Positions 1 to 8,758 of a DNA stretch of 64,000 nt are shown piece after piece. The stretch is from NCBI GenBank assembly GCA_032128875.1, contig JAVLKG010000001.1:416001-480000 (forward strand), written 5' to 3'. Within the stretch, counting starts at the first letter, position 1. Each line of letters opens with the position of its first letter. Position numbers and translations under genes: made by a program. The notes beneath the pieces were generated by a model, which worked only from the letters and a program-made list of their open reading frames with translations, was not told where the DNA came from and ran no database searches. The DNA is from Candidatus Melainabacteria bacterium 17Bon1m (GTDB lineage: Bacteria > Cyanobacteriota > Vampirovibrionia > Obscuribacterales > Obscuribacteraceae).

Positions 1-559
1 ACCAGGCAAAAAAGCGCGTCAACTGCAGCCTTTCATTCTCGTCTTGTATGTAATTGGCTGGAAGTGGGAGCTTGCTGTCAGTTGTAAATTCTGAATCGAA
101 GTGTTTGATATTGGCTTTGTACGCTTCAACTTGATTCTCGCTGAAAGTAAGATTTTTACTTTGTTGATCGTAGCGATTTTGTTTGAGTTCGGTGGCCAGC
201 CCACTTTTCAAATCGCCTTGTTCTGCTGCAGACAGTTTTGAATAAGCTTTGCCAAAGCGCTTTAGAGACTCCTTTTCTAATGCCGTTTCTGCTTCAAGGT
301 GCAAGTATTCCGCAGAAAAATCCGGACCGTTGTATGCCCCATGTCCAAACACTGAGCCAACGTCCATCAGTCCATACTTCTGAAAAACACCTTGTCCTGC
401 AAGTATGTCTTCTCCTGTGAAAAGCGTTGCTCCGCTTTGGTCTACCACTCTTTCCGGAATCGGAGGAGCCTGTGTGCTGGTTTCGTGACCCATGAATATC
501 AGTGTCGAAAAACCAAGAATCAAAACGAGCAATACGCTCAGTTTCCATCTCCAAGACAT
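1..559 (-). CDS. norB: Quinol-dependent nitric oxide reductase (qNor), 5' part; runs off the window start
   Basis: Not in the ORF track; translated by hand from ATG at 559: MSWRWKLSVLLVLILGFSTLIFMG...APPIPERVVDQSGATLFTGEDILAGQGVFQKYGLMDVGSVFGHGAYNGPDFSAEYLH...RFFAW, open to position 1. APPIP, GQxVFQKYGLM and GHGAYxGPDF are qNor N-terminal motifs. Confidence 0.9.
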   Translation of the reverse strand, partial: MSWRWKLSVLLVLILGFSTLIFMGHETSTQAPPIPERVVDQSGATLFTGEDILAGQGVFQKYGLMDVGSVFGHGAYNGPDFSAEYLHLEAETALEKESLKRFGKAYSKLSAAEQGDLKSGLATELKQNRYDQQSKNLTFSENQVEAYKANIKHFDSEFTTDSKLPLPANYIQDENERLQLTRFFAW

Positions 560-743
560 GCAATTCTCCCCGCTCTTTAGCATTCGCGAATTTAGGACAA
601 AAGGCTCCGAATAGATGTTAGCAAGGAAAGCTGCTCTCTAACTTTCTGACTGTGGAATAACTCAGAGACTTCGTATAATTAAGGTAAGAATTGTGGATGT
701 TTGTGTCTGCAAGACTTGTTTGAAAAATACGCATTGCAAATCA

Positions 744-779
744 AAATTGATAGGCGACGGAAGAGCCGCCTATCAATTT
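744..779 (-). terminator. Hairpin downstream of the globin gene, probable intrinsic terminator
   Basis: Inverted repeat AAATTGATAGGCG (744-756) / CGCCTATCAATTT (767-779). Confidence 0.6.
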
Positions 780-830
780 CTCCTTCACTCGTTTTGCGAC
801 GAGAGTCGCTCTACGAGCTAAATCATTGTT

Positions 831-1361
831 CTAACGTGCTGATTTCGCTACTGCGCCTTCTAAGACCCAAGGCCGCGGATCGTTTTTCTTGAATCCGTTC
901 GGCTCGAATCCAGCTGCAGTAAGTTCTGCCTGGAATTTCTCGGGATTGTCTGCAGCTTCAATCATAATGTCGCTAACTGTTTTCATCGCCGCTTCCCAGG
1001 TGGCGCGCATTTCATCTGTCCACTCACCTTCTTTGCTGAGATGCTCCGCAAGAACAGCTACTAGATTTTCAGCCACTGCGCCATAGTGCGCATTCTCAGT
1101 CTTGTACTTCAGGTGGCGGATTCCCATTGCGTGCAAGAACGGCAAAAGCATGTCTGGTTTTTCAACCGCCGCCACTATCGACGCAATAGATGCAAGTAAT
1201 TTCTTGTGCTGTTCTTCTGGCGGTGTTGAAAACAGTGGACGAACGCTTGGATATTTCTCGAATAAGCGTGAATAGAAGCTCATTCCCAATGCGGTAGCAC
1301 CACCATTTTCCACTTTTGCACGCTCGAAAGTTTCGCGCAGCAATGCGACGTTAAGCGACAT
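831..1361 (-). CDS. Single-domain globin (Vgb/flavohemoglobin globin-like)
   Basis: FYSRLFEKYPSVRPLF (B10 Tyr, CD1 Phe), proximal His in MGIRHLKY, HYGAVAENL; no reductase domain. Confidence 0.9.
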   Translation of the reverse strand: MSLNVALLRETFERAKVENGGATALGMSFYSRLFEKYPSVRPLFSTPPEEQHKKLLASIASIVAAVEKPDMLLPFLHAMGIRHLKYKTENAHYGAVAENLVAVLAEHLSKEGEWTDEMRATWEAAMKTVSDIMIEAADNPEKFQAELTAAGFEPNGFKKNDPRPWVLEGAVAKSAR

Positions 1362-1401
1362 TGAATTTGACTCCTTCTAAATTTTTTAAACCCGCTAAGA
1401 C

Positions 1402-1818
1402 CTACGATGCTTTCGCCAGAGGGAATTCGGATTCCATTCCCGCTTCTTCCGCCATTTTTTCGCCGATGCCCGCATTTTCTGCTTCGAGCTGTGGCTCAGC
1501 TGGTGTTTCAAACTGCTCTGCATCTTCAACAAGATCAGCGCCTTCTTCCAGTCTTCCGTTGATGACAACGTCGAACAATCCGAAGACAAGCAATCCAGCA
1601 CTAGCTCCGACCGCTGCACCAGCGGCGATGGCATTGATCAATGTTGGAACTATCATCGAATCTTTCAATAAGATGGCCGTTAAGTAGCCACCAATTACGG
1701 TTCCTGCAATGATTGAGACCACAAATCCCTTCAACACTGGCTTTTCCGTTGATATTGCAAACGGTGGAGTAAACTTGTTCATTTTTCCGTTCATATAAAG
1801 TTGAGCAAACATGGTCAT
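1402..1818 (-). CDS. Two-TM membrane protein with acidic tail; paralog of 46301-46669
   Basis: 138 aa; two hydrophobic helices; shares AGAAVGASAG..FGL.DVVI.GRLEE and C-terminal KAS with 46301-46669. Confidence 0.75.
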   Translation of the reverse strand: MTMFAQLYMNGKMNKFTPPFAISTEKPVLKGFVVSIIAGTVIGGYLTAILLKDSMIVPTLINAIAAGAAVGASAGLLVFGLFDVVINGRLEEGADLVEDAEQFETPAEPQLEAENAGIGEKMAEEAGMESEFPLAKAS

Positions 1819-1916
1819 TACCCCTCGAATTCCTTGAGCCGGCTATGAATCTCGAATCACTTAGAGCATGCCGTGGCTCAACAGTAAGATGGTCGCACCA
1901 GTGCGGTTCGCCCCCA

Positions 1917-2025
1917 TCGTTCTCAAGGTTGAGTGTGCGAGCGCTGATCGCTGCCGCCGAGGTAAAGCCGCCACTGGCGGAGGCTTTCGTGCTTTCGTAA
2001 AGTCATCAATAGTCCTTTAGTATGA
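1917..2025. promoter_or_regulatory. Regulon boxes in a divergent promoter (1917-1932, 2010-2025)
   Basis: TCGT-TCTCAAGG-TTGA and TAGT-CCTTTAGT-ATGA; 2008-2025 is the exact reverse complement of 46120-46137. Confidence 0.65.
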
Positions 2026-2116
2026 GTGCCGGATTTTCAGTAACAATAGATTGATGACAGTCCTAGGAACGATATAAACGGTCCGGTGAAAGAACATACT
2101 GAAAAGGTATTGCCTC

Positions 2117-4951
2117 ATGAGGTCCGTTATGTCGAAGGGACTCGCCGACCCAGTCTTTCACGCCGACAGTATTGCCGCAAACTCTAGTGAAAAGCAGATG
2201 CCGAACATTGAAAATGCCGAAGAAAGTGCTGAACCAGGTGCCGGCTCTATCATTCCGGCTTTGCCCGACAAGCCGTTCTTGCTTTCGATCGAGCGAGCAT
2301 CTTTATTGCCTGCACAACAAGTTGCTGCTCGTCTTGAGACTGACGTAGCGCTCGGTTTGAGCCTAGATGAAGCCGCAAGCCGGTTAGAAAGGTTTGGCAC
2401 CAATGAGCTTGGCAAAAGGGTTCAAATCAATCCTATTCATCTATTCTTCAATCAATTTATTTCTACAGTCGTGGCATTGCTTCTCGTCGCGGCAGGCGTT
2501 TCTGAATTTGCCGGTGAGCACATGCAAGCGGCCGGTATTGCCATTGCAGTCTTAATTAATGCTATTGTCGGTTTTATCACTGAGTACAAAGCCGCTGTGT
2601 CTCTGGCTGCGCTGGAAAAGCTCTCCGGTCCCGTAGCGCGTGTGCGTCGAGGCGGGCAAGATTTCGAAGTTCCAGCGGCCGAGATTGTTCCTGGCGATAT
2701 TTTGATCATGGAAGAGGGATCTCGTGTGCCCGCGGACGTCCGGCTGGTCACTTCCTCTTCGCTCAGCCTGGACGAATCGATGCTCTCCGGCGAGAGTATT
2801 CCGGTCTACAAATCTAGCGAATTAGGCGATTCGACCGAGCAAGTTACAGTCGCCTATCAAGGTACTCTGATTCTGAAAGGTCGTGCGAAAGGTGTCGTCG
2901 TCGCCACCGGTAGCAATACCAAATTAGGTCAGCTTGGACATTCACTCACCGAAATTCGCACAAAGTCCACGCCACTTCAAGACGACCTGGAGAAACTTGG
3001 CCGCCAGTTGAGTTTGTTCACCGTCGTGATTTGCGCTGTGTTGTTTGGCTTGGGTTTGCTCCATGGCGAAAAATTGTGGGAAATGGTGCAAGTTTCAATC
3101 GCACTGGCCGTTGCTGCAATCCCCGAGGGGTTGCCTGTAGTTGCGACGCTCGCATTGGCTTCCGGCACCAATCGCATGGTTAAACTTGGAGCGTTGATTA
3201 GAAAGTTGAGTGCGGTAGAAACCCTCGGTTGCACGGAGATAATCTGCACCGACAAGACAGGAACACTTACTCAAAATCAAATGACGGTCACGGATATTGT
3301 TCTTGATGGACGTGAAATAAATGTGTCCGGATTGGGATACACACCTGAGGGTGATTTCCACGAAAACAATTGCGTGGTGCTGGAAGAGGAAAGGTCGTTC
3401 TTAAAACCACTTTTGACTGCGGCCGTTCTTTGCAATGATGCAAAACTTGAGATGCATGAGGACTCCAAGTGGCATATTCACGGAGATCCTACCGAAGGGG
3501 CGCTGCTTACTGTCGGGCTTAAGGCCGGCATTGAGCAGAAGAGCCAGCGAGATGAGTTGCCACGGCAGCATGAGTTTCCGTTCGAGCTCAGCCGTAAGCG
3601 CATGACCACGATTCACCAATCGCAAGGAGGCGATTTCCTTGCTTACACCAAGGGCGCGCCGGAAACTGTGCTGTCTTTGTGCAAAAACTATTTAAGCGCG
3701 GATGGTGTGGCGCAACTCGATGAAACACGCAGAAACTGGTTTCTCGAAAAGAATCTAGAACTGGCGAGTAAGGGACTGCGAGTTCTGGGATTGGCGGCAA
3801 GAGATCTGGCGGGTAAGAAAGTTTCAGCGCACTCCGATGCTGAAACAGATATGACATTTTTAGGGCTGATTGGGATGGCTGATCGTCCAAAAGAAGGTGT
3901 TCTCGAAGCAATCGAAGAATGCAAGCGTGCCGGCATCAAAGTAGTGATGGTAACTGGAGACCATCCCGCAACAGCCGTTTCAATAGCGCGCGACTTGAAT
4001 ATCGTGCCATTTTGTTCTACGGAGGCTGCTCATAAGGTAGTAGTCGGCAGCGAGCTTGAACAGTTAGGCGCGAGCGAAATTGGCGCACGCCTGGCCGATT
4101 GTAGCGTCCTTGCACGTGTTCAGCCGGAGGCAAAGCTTTCCATTGTTCGTGCGTTGCAGTCCAGTGGAAAAGTCGTCGCTATGACAGGTGATGGTATCAA
4201 CGACGCACCCGCGTTACAGCAGTCCGATATCGGCGTCGCGATGGGGAAATCGGGTACTTCCCTTGCGCGCGAAGCCTCCGATATGGTCATTACCGACGAT
4301 AATTTCAGCACAATTGTCCATGCAATCGAGCAGGGTCGTGTCATTTATGCCAATATATCTTGCGCCGTTGCCTATCTACTTACTGCCAGCCTGGCGTCTG
4401 TTCTTACCGTGGCGGCTGCTGTTGTTTTCGATACGGGGCTGCCCCTGTCACCACTTCAATTGTTGTGGTTGAACCTGATTATGCATATCTTTCCTGGACT
4501 TGGTCTTGTTCTGCAGCGTGGTCGTCCAGGCATCATGCGGGAAGCACCTCGCGGAAGAAAGCAATCTCTTCTCGGAAAGAGAGAGTATACGCATATAGTG
4601 TTGCGCTCGCTGGTTGTTTCTCTTTTGACTATTTTTGCTGCACAAAACGTACAAGGGCAATCGCTGGAATATGTAAGAACGGTTGTTTTGGCGACGATTT
4701 CGATTGCACTACTTCTGCAAGCTTGGTCTTGGTTGGCATTCAAGCGTAACGCGGATGATTGGTCATATCTAAGCAGCGTTGCAATGTACATCAACACGGC
4801 CCTGGGTATCGCTTTGCTTTTGTTGGCGGTTCTTTTCCCTCCGATGCAAGCAATCCTTGGTACGGTTTGCTTGAGCAACGCACACTGGGGAATGGTTATT
4901 CTCTTTGCACTCTTCGGCTACTTGCTCACTTCTATCATTCAGGATTATTAG
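2117..4951 (+). CDS. Cation-translocating P-type ATPase (P2A/Ca2+-like, CtpF-like)
   Basis: IPEGL, DKTGTLT phosphorylation motif, KGAPE, TGD, GDGINDAP; start codon uncertain. Confidence 0.93.
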   Translation: MRSVMSKGLADPVFHADSIAANSSEKQMPNIENAEESAEPGAGSIIPALPDKPFLLSIERASLLPAQQVAARLETDVALGLSLDEAASRLERFGTNELGKRVQINPIHLFFNQFISTVVALLLVAAGVSEFAGEHMQAAGIAIAVLINAIVGFITEYKAAVSLAALEKLSGPVARVRRGGQDFEVPAAEIVPGDILIMEEGSRVPADVRLVTSSSLSLDESMLSGESIPVYKSSELGDSTEQVTVAYQGTLILKGRAKGVVVATGSNTKLGQLGHSLTEIRTKSTPLQDDLEKLGRQLSLFTVVICAVLFGLGLLHGEKLWEMVQVSIALAVAAIPEGLPVVATLALASGTNRMVKLGALIRKLSAVETLGCTEIICTDKTGTLTQNQMTVTDIVLDGREINVSGLGYTPEGDFHENNCVVLEEERSFLKPLLTAAVLCNDAKLEMHEDSKWHIHGDPTEGALLTVGLKAGIEQKSQRDELPRQHEFPFELSRKRMTTIHQSQGGDFLAYTKGAPETVLSLCKNYLSADGVAQLDETRRNWFLEKNLELASKGLRVLGLAARDLAGKKVSAHSDAETDMTFLGLIGMADRPKEGVLEAIEECKRAGIKVVMVTGDHPATAVSIARDLNIVPFCSTEAAHKVVVGSELEQLGASEIGARLADCSVLARVQPEAKLSIVRALQSSGKVVAMTGDGINDAPALQQSDIGVAMGKSGTSLAREASDMVITDDNFSTIVHAIEQGRVIYANISCAVAYLLTASLASVLTVAAAVVFDTGLPLSPLQLLWLNLIMHIFPGLGLVLQRGRPGIMREAPRGRKQSLLGKREYTHIVLRSLVVSLLTIFAAQNVQGQSLEYVRTVVLATISIALLLQAWSWLAFKRNADDWSYLSSVAMYINTALGIALLLLAVLFPPMQAILGTVCLSNAHWGMVILFALFGYLLTSIIQDY

Positions 4952-4957
4952 TGAGCA

Positions 4958-5025
4958 CTGTTCGGAAGAATGACTCTGGAATAGTTCAGCAGAATGATAA
5001 TTGAATGTCTGATCGCAGTCACAAT
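4958..5025 (+). promoter_or_regulatory. Tandem regulon boxes (4958-4973, 4982-4997) plus -10-like CACAAT (5020-5025)
   Basis: CTGT-TCGGAAGA-ATGA and TAGT-TCAGCAGA-ATGA, 24 bp apart; 22-nt spacer to CACAAT. Confidence 0.6.
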
Positions 5026-5061
5026 TGTAGAATTCAAATTCATTAGCACTTGAGGTTGGAT

Positions 5062-5514
5062 ATGAAAGTACTAATTGCGCAAGACGAATCAGAATGCTCG
5101 AAGACCGCTCTTGAGTCGGTGTTGAACAGAACCTGGCCGGAGAATTCGCAATTCCGACTTGTAAATGTCCATGAGCCGATTCATGGCTACGACCCAGTGA
5201 TTTACACTCCTCATTCCATAGTGTCGCTGAAAGAGGCGGACAAAGAGATTTACGCCGCCAAGGAAGCACAGCTCAAAAAGAGTCTCGAGCTTCTGAAAAC
5301 AAAGTTCAATGATTGTGAAGTCTGTGGAGAGGTTTTAACCGGGCATCCGAAAGACCGCATTATTGAAGACGCTGAAGGTTGGGGGGCGGATCTTATTGTT
5401 GTTGGTACACATAGCAGAAAGGGATTTGCCCGCGCTTTCCTTGGTAGTGTCGCTTCTGAGGTGGCAAGCCAAGCAGATTGCTCGGTAGAGATTGTAAGAG
5501 AGAGAAAACACTAA
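5062..5514 (+). CDS. Universal stress protein
   Basis: MKVLIA start; ADLIVVGTHSRKGFARAFLGSVA USP motif. Confidence 0.92.
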   Translation: MKVLIAQDESECSKTALESVLNRTWPENSQFRLVNVHEPIHGYDPVIYTPHSIVSLKEADKEIYAAKEAQLKKSLELLKTKFNDCEVCGEVLTGHPKDRIIEDAEGWGADLIVVGTHSRKGFARAFLGSVASEVASQADCSVEIVRERKH

Positions 5515-5531
5515 GCGAATCGAGAGAACAA

Positions 5532-5948
5532 ATGACACACCGAACACAAGTTACATTCAAGAACATGAAACATTCGCCTGCAATCGAAGACATGGCCAGG
5601 CAGCATAGCGACAAGCTCAGCAAATACTACGACGGCATTCAGAGCTGTCGAGTAACTATCGAGATACCACATCAGAAGCACGAAAAGGGCAATGTCTTTC
5701 AGGTGCGGATTGATATGACTGTACCTAAGGCTGAACTTGTTGTTGAGACTAAAGCAACCAACAGCCCTGAGTATGAAAAAATCGAAGTCGCGCTTAATGA
5801 CTCATTCGACATGGCAAAACGCCGACTTGAAGACTATTCTCGCAAGCGGCGCGGCATGGTGAAGAAACATGCTGAACACGGCAACAAGGATGAAGAGTCC
5901 GAGATCCGCGCAATTGAAAGAGAACAGATGGAAGAGTTTATGAGGTAG
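5532..5948 (+). CDS. HPF/RaiA-family ribosome-associated (hibernation) protein
   Basis: QVTFKNMKHSPAIE...I.SCRVTIE.PHQ.H.KG..FQVRID..VP..ELVV...A..DSFD.A.RRLE pattern. Confidence 0.85.
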   Translation: MTHRTQVTFKNMKHSPAIEDMARQHSDKLSKYYDGIQSCRVTIEIPHQKHEKGNVFQVRIDMTVPKAELVVETKATNSPEYEKIEVALNDSFDMAKRRLEDYSRKRRGMVKKHAEHGNKDEESEIRAIEREQMEEFMR

Positions 5949-6263
5949 AGAAGATAGAGAGTGTTGAGAAAGATCTGGATTACAGGCAAGGAGAAGAGTT
6001 GGATAGTGTTGCCACCCCCGCGAAGTCTGGCTCTACTGAAAGACCGCAATAGTCCTTTGGAGCGATGCGCGAGCTTAAACGACGTAGCGACGCTATCTGG
6101 ATTGTCGACAAATTAGTCCGAAAAAACGATGGACGATTAGCTGGGTGGTGGAAAAATACAGATACGACGCAGGTTCTCCAGTGAGAGCGACCAGGGATGG
6201 TTACTGCCGAGGGCGGCACCGGCCCTGCGAACAATTTACATAACTCGGATGTGGAGCGGAGAA

Positions 6264-6773
6264 ATGAAAATACTTGTTGCTATTGATGACGATTCCCTCT
6301 GTGGCACAGTGATTGATTTTGTCGCCAGGGTATTTTCTCATCACGCCACTATCGTAAAGCTTCTCCATGTAGTCCAGCCGTCGCCGGTAGTTGACACTGC
6401 GACTTCGCTTTGCGGACATGGAGAAAATCATCAAATACTGGAGCAGAGAGTTCAACAGGCTTCGGCATTCTTAAAGACGCTGCAAAAAGATTTGCGCTCA
6501 AAAATGCTACCGTCTGAGCCCGTTGAAGTTTCTGTCTTATTGGGTACTCCTCATCGCGTCATTCTTGATTGTGCCGAAGAGTTCGGTGCCGACCTTATTG
6601 TGATCGGTTCTCATGGTCATGGAGACCTGTCGCGACTGAAGATTAACAGCGTCTCCTATGCAGTTCTCTCCCACGCCGATTGTGCTGTTACCATAGTTAA
6701 AGCGCAGCAGGTGTTTCAAAACGAAGATGCAACCGAAACCTCATTACCGAAGTCAGCCCGGCTACTAGCTTAG
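6264..6773 (+). CDS. Universal stress protein
   Basis: MKILVAID; ADLIVIGSHG; box TAGT-CCTTTGGA-GCGA upstream at 6050-6065. Confidence 0.9.
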   Translation: MKILVAIDDDSLCGTVIDFVARVFSHHATIVKLLHVVQPSPVVDTATSLCGHGENHQILEQRVQQASAFLKTLQKDLRSKMLPSEPVEVSVLLGTPHRVILDCAEEFGADLIVIGSHGHGDLSRLKINSVSYAVLSHADCAVTIVKAQQVFQNEDATETSLPKSARLLA

Positions 6774-6786
6774 AACTCATCGCAGA

Positions 6787-7335
6787 ATGCAGCTTGAAAT
6801 GACAAAACTGAAGACCTCCCACTATCGTGTGTTGGAAACTTTGCGCGACGGACGTGAGGTGGAGATTAGGTCGATTGTTCCTCAAGACAAAAAGGTTCTT
6901 GCTGAAGGAATGCATCACCTCAGCCCGACTTCTTTGTATTACAGATTCCTCACTCCCAAAAGGGAGCTGACCGAGAAAGAGCTTTCCTACTTCACAGAAG
7001 TGGATTTCTTGCACCATGTTGCGCTCCTTGCTGCCGTAGAGCAAGATGGCAGTTATCTGCCTGCAGGAGTTGGTCGTTATGTGATGTCTAATTCTGCCGA
7101 TTCAACATGCGCCGAACTTGCTTTTGCTGTGAGCGAGGAATTTCAAGGATTGGGCATTGCTACATTGCTTTTGAAGCATCTCACTTTGATAGCCAGGGAA
7201 AATGGTCTCAAGGCATTTTCTGCGCTCGTCCTGGCGGATAACAGGAAGATGTTAGAAGTTTTCAAAAACTGCAACTTGGAAATGACCACAAAAGCGAACA
7301 ATGCAGGTGTATTAGAAATAAGACTGGAAATCTGA
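6787..7335 (+). CDS. GNAT N-acetyltransferase (stand-alone Pat-like GNAT domain)
   Basis: LSPTSLYYRF, AELAFAVSEEFQGLGIATLLL (acetyl-CoA motif A), N.KML.VF. Confidence 0.88.
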   Translation: MQLEMTKLKTSHYRVLETLRDGREVEIRSIVPQDKKVLAEGMHHLSPTSLYYRFLTPKRELTEKELSYFTEVDFLHHVALLAAVEQDGSYLPAGVGRYVMSNSADSTCAELAFAVSEEFQGLGIATLLLKHLTLIARENGLKAFSALVLADNRKMLEVFKNCNLEMTTKANNAGVLEIRLEI

Positions 7336-7399
7336 TACCGAAGGATGAAATCTAATCATCCGCAAAGATCATGCACTTAATTTTGTTGCGCTGCACAAT
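7333..7399 (+). promoter_or_regulatory. Tandem regulon boxes (7333-7348, 7356-7371) plus -10-like CACAAT (7394-7399)
   Basis: TGAT-ACCGAAGG-ATGA and TCAT-CCGCAAAG-ATCA; 22-nt spacer to CACAAT. Confidence 0.65.
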
Positions 7400-7427
7400 G
7401 GTCACTGAAGCGCACATGTATTGAGGA

Positions 7428-7901
7428 ATGGTCATGATTACCAGGATTTTGATACCGGTTGAAGATCTTCTTTTCGAAGAAGAGATAAGAGAGTTTTTGG
7501 TGCAGCTAAGCACATTGGCAATCAAGCTGAAAGTTTTGCATGTCATCGATGCGAATGAAGTTGTGCTCCAATGGCCCAGCGCAGAATACGAACGTGAATC
7601 GGTAGCTCTCGTGCGCACAATATGCGAGAACCTGAAGAACTATTTTCCTGGTGTAGATGTAGTCTCTTCAGTCCGCGAAGGTATCGTTAAAGAAGAGATT
7701 GCAAAAGAAGCTGAATCCTTTCAAGCCGATTTGATCCTGATGGGTTCGCATGGAAGAAAAGGCTTAGGGAAGTTTCTTTTGGGAAGTACCGCCAAGGACG
7801 TAATACCTCTCTCGCCTTGCTCAGTGGTACTATTGCGAACCAAGAAATCTGGTGTTAAGAAAACTAAGGTGGCAGAAGCATCAACGGCTCACCAAGACTG
7901 A
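7428..7901 (+). CDS. Universal stress protein
   Basis: RILIPVE; ADLILMGSHGRKGLGKFLLGST. Confidence 0.9.
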   Translation: MVMITRILIPVEDLLFEEEIREFLVQLSTLAIKLKVLHVIDANEVVLQWPSAEYERESVALVRTICENLKNYFPGVDVVSSVREGIVKEEIAKEAESFQADLILMGSHGRKGLGKFLLGSTAKDVIPLSPCSVVLLRTKKSGVKKTKVAEASTAHQD

Positions 7902-7933
7902 AGGTCCGCTGTTCACCGAATTGCTAAGAAAGA

Positions 7934-7955
7934 GGGCACGTCGTCGGACGTGCCC
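7934..7955. terminator. Hairpin between convergent USP and Hsp20 genes
   Basis: GGGCACGTC-gtcg-GACGTGCCC. Confidence 0.65.
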
Positions 7956-7981
7956 CATTCCTTTTGTGCGAGCTTGGTTCT

Positions 7982-8482
7982 TTATCCCGCTTTTACTTCG
8001 ATCTTTTTGCCATCGGCAAGAGCATCTTTTGCCTTAGGCATAACTACTTTCAAAACACCGTTCTTGTAGGAGGCTTCGATGCTGTCTTTTTCCACTGTGC
8101 ATGGCAAAGGCAAGAGGCGATAGAACGAGCCGTAACTTCTCTCCATTCTGTAATAGTTTTTGTCCTTTTCCTCTTTTTCGGAATGCTTCTCACCCTTGAT
8201 CGAAAGTGCATTGCCTTCCACTTTTACCTCAATGTCTTTCATTTCGACGCCGGGGAGTTCAGCAGACACTTCGATGGTTTTTTCGCTATCCTTCATGTCT
8301 ACTTTTGCATTGAAGTCAGAAACCGGCTCCAGCCAGAAGGTACGAGCAAAAGGAAGTCCGCTCTTAAATTCATCAAAGAGATGATTCATCTCCTCTTGCA
8401 AAGCGTGAAACGGGTGAGATTTTCGAGGTGTAATTCCAGTCGATTCCTTTTTTGTTTCCTTTACTGGTGTAGTTGTTGTCAT
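7982..8482 (-). CDS. Hsp20/alpha-crystallin small heat shock protein
   Basis: AELPG, LSIKGEK, ERSYGSFYR, A.YKNGVLKV.MPK. Confidence 0.95.
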   Translation of the reverse strand: MTTTTPVKETKKESTGITPRKSHPFHALQEEMNHLFDEFKSGLPFARTFWLEPVSDFNAKVDMKDSEKTIEVSAELPGVEMKDIEVKVEGNALSIKGEKHSEKEEKDKNYYRMERSYGSFYRLLPLPCTVEKDSIEASYKNGVLKVVMPKAKDALADGKKIEVKAG

Positions 8483-8581
8483 AATCCTTCTCCTTCTAAG
8501 ACGGGATTTTTTTCAGTATTCTGTTACTGCAACCAAAGAGCAACCTGGACATATCTTGACTCAATCAACTTTGCGTCAGCA

Positions 8582-8728
8582 TCTGCTCAAAGGCTGATAC
8601 TAATCATCAAAAGAATGATTGCATCGCTTCGCGACTGTCGATCTCGTGTGAATCAGGGTTTCGGCTTATTTCTCAGGTACTCATCATACCTGCGAATGAA
8701 GTCACTATAGAGATATTGCTTCTATGCT
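8582..8728. promoter_or_regulatory. Divergent Hsp20/lyase promoter with several regulon boxes
   Basis: TCTG-CTCAAAGG-CTGA (8582-8597), AATCAT-N7-ATGATT (8602-8620), TCAT-ACCTGCGA-ATGA (8684-8699) followed by TATGCT (8723-8728). Confidence 0.6.
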
Positions 8729-8758
8729 TGGGAGTACTGCCAATGCTTGGAGTTTTCG

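Noticed and set aside
294-563. 89-aa minus-strand ORF in the track
   Set aside because: It is an alternative frame overlapping the qNor reading frame that starts at 559.
560-743. NsrR, FNR or regulon box upstream of qNor
   Set aside because: No convincing palindrome was found by eye.
7964-8710. 248-aa plus-strand ORF
   Set aside because: It is the antisense shadow of Hsp20 and crosses the boxed promoter region; no recognisable motifs.
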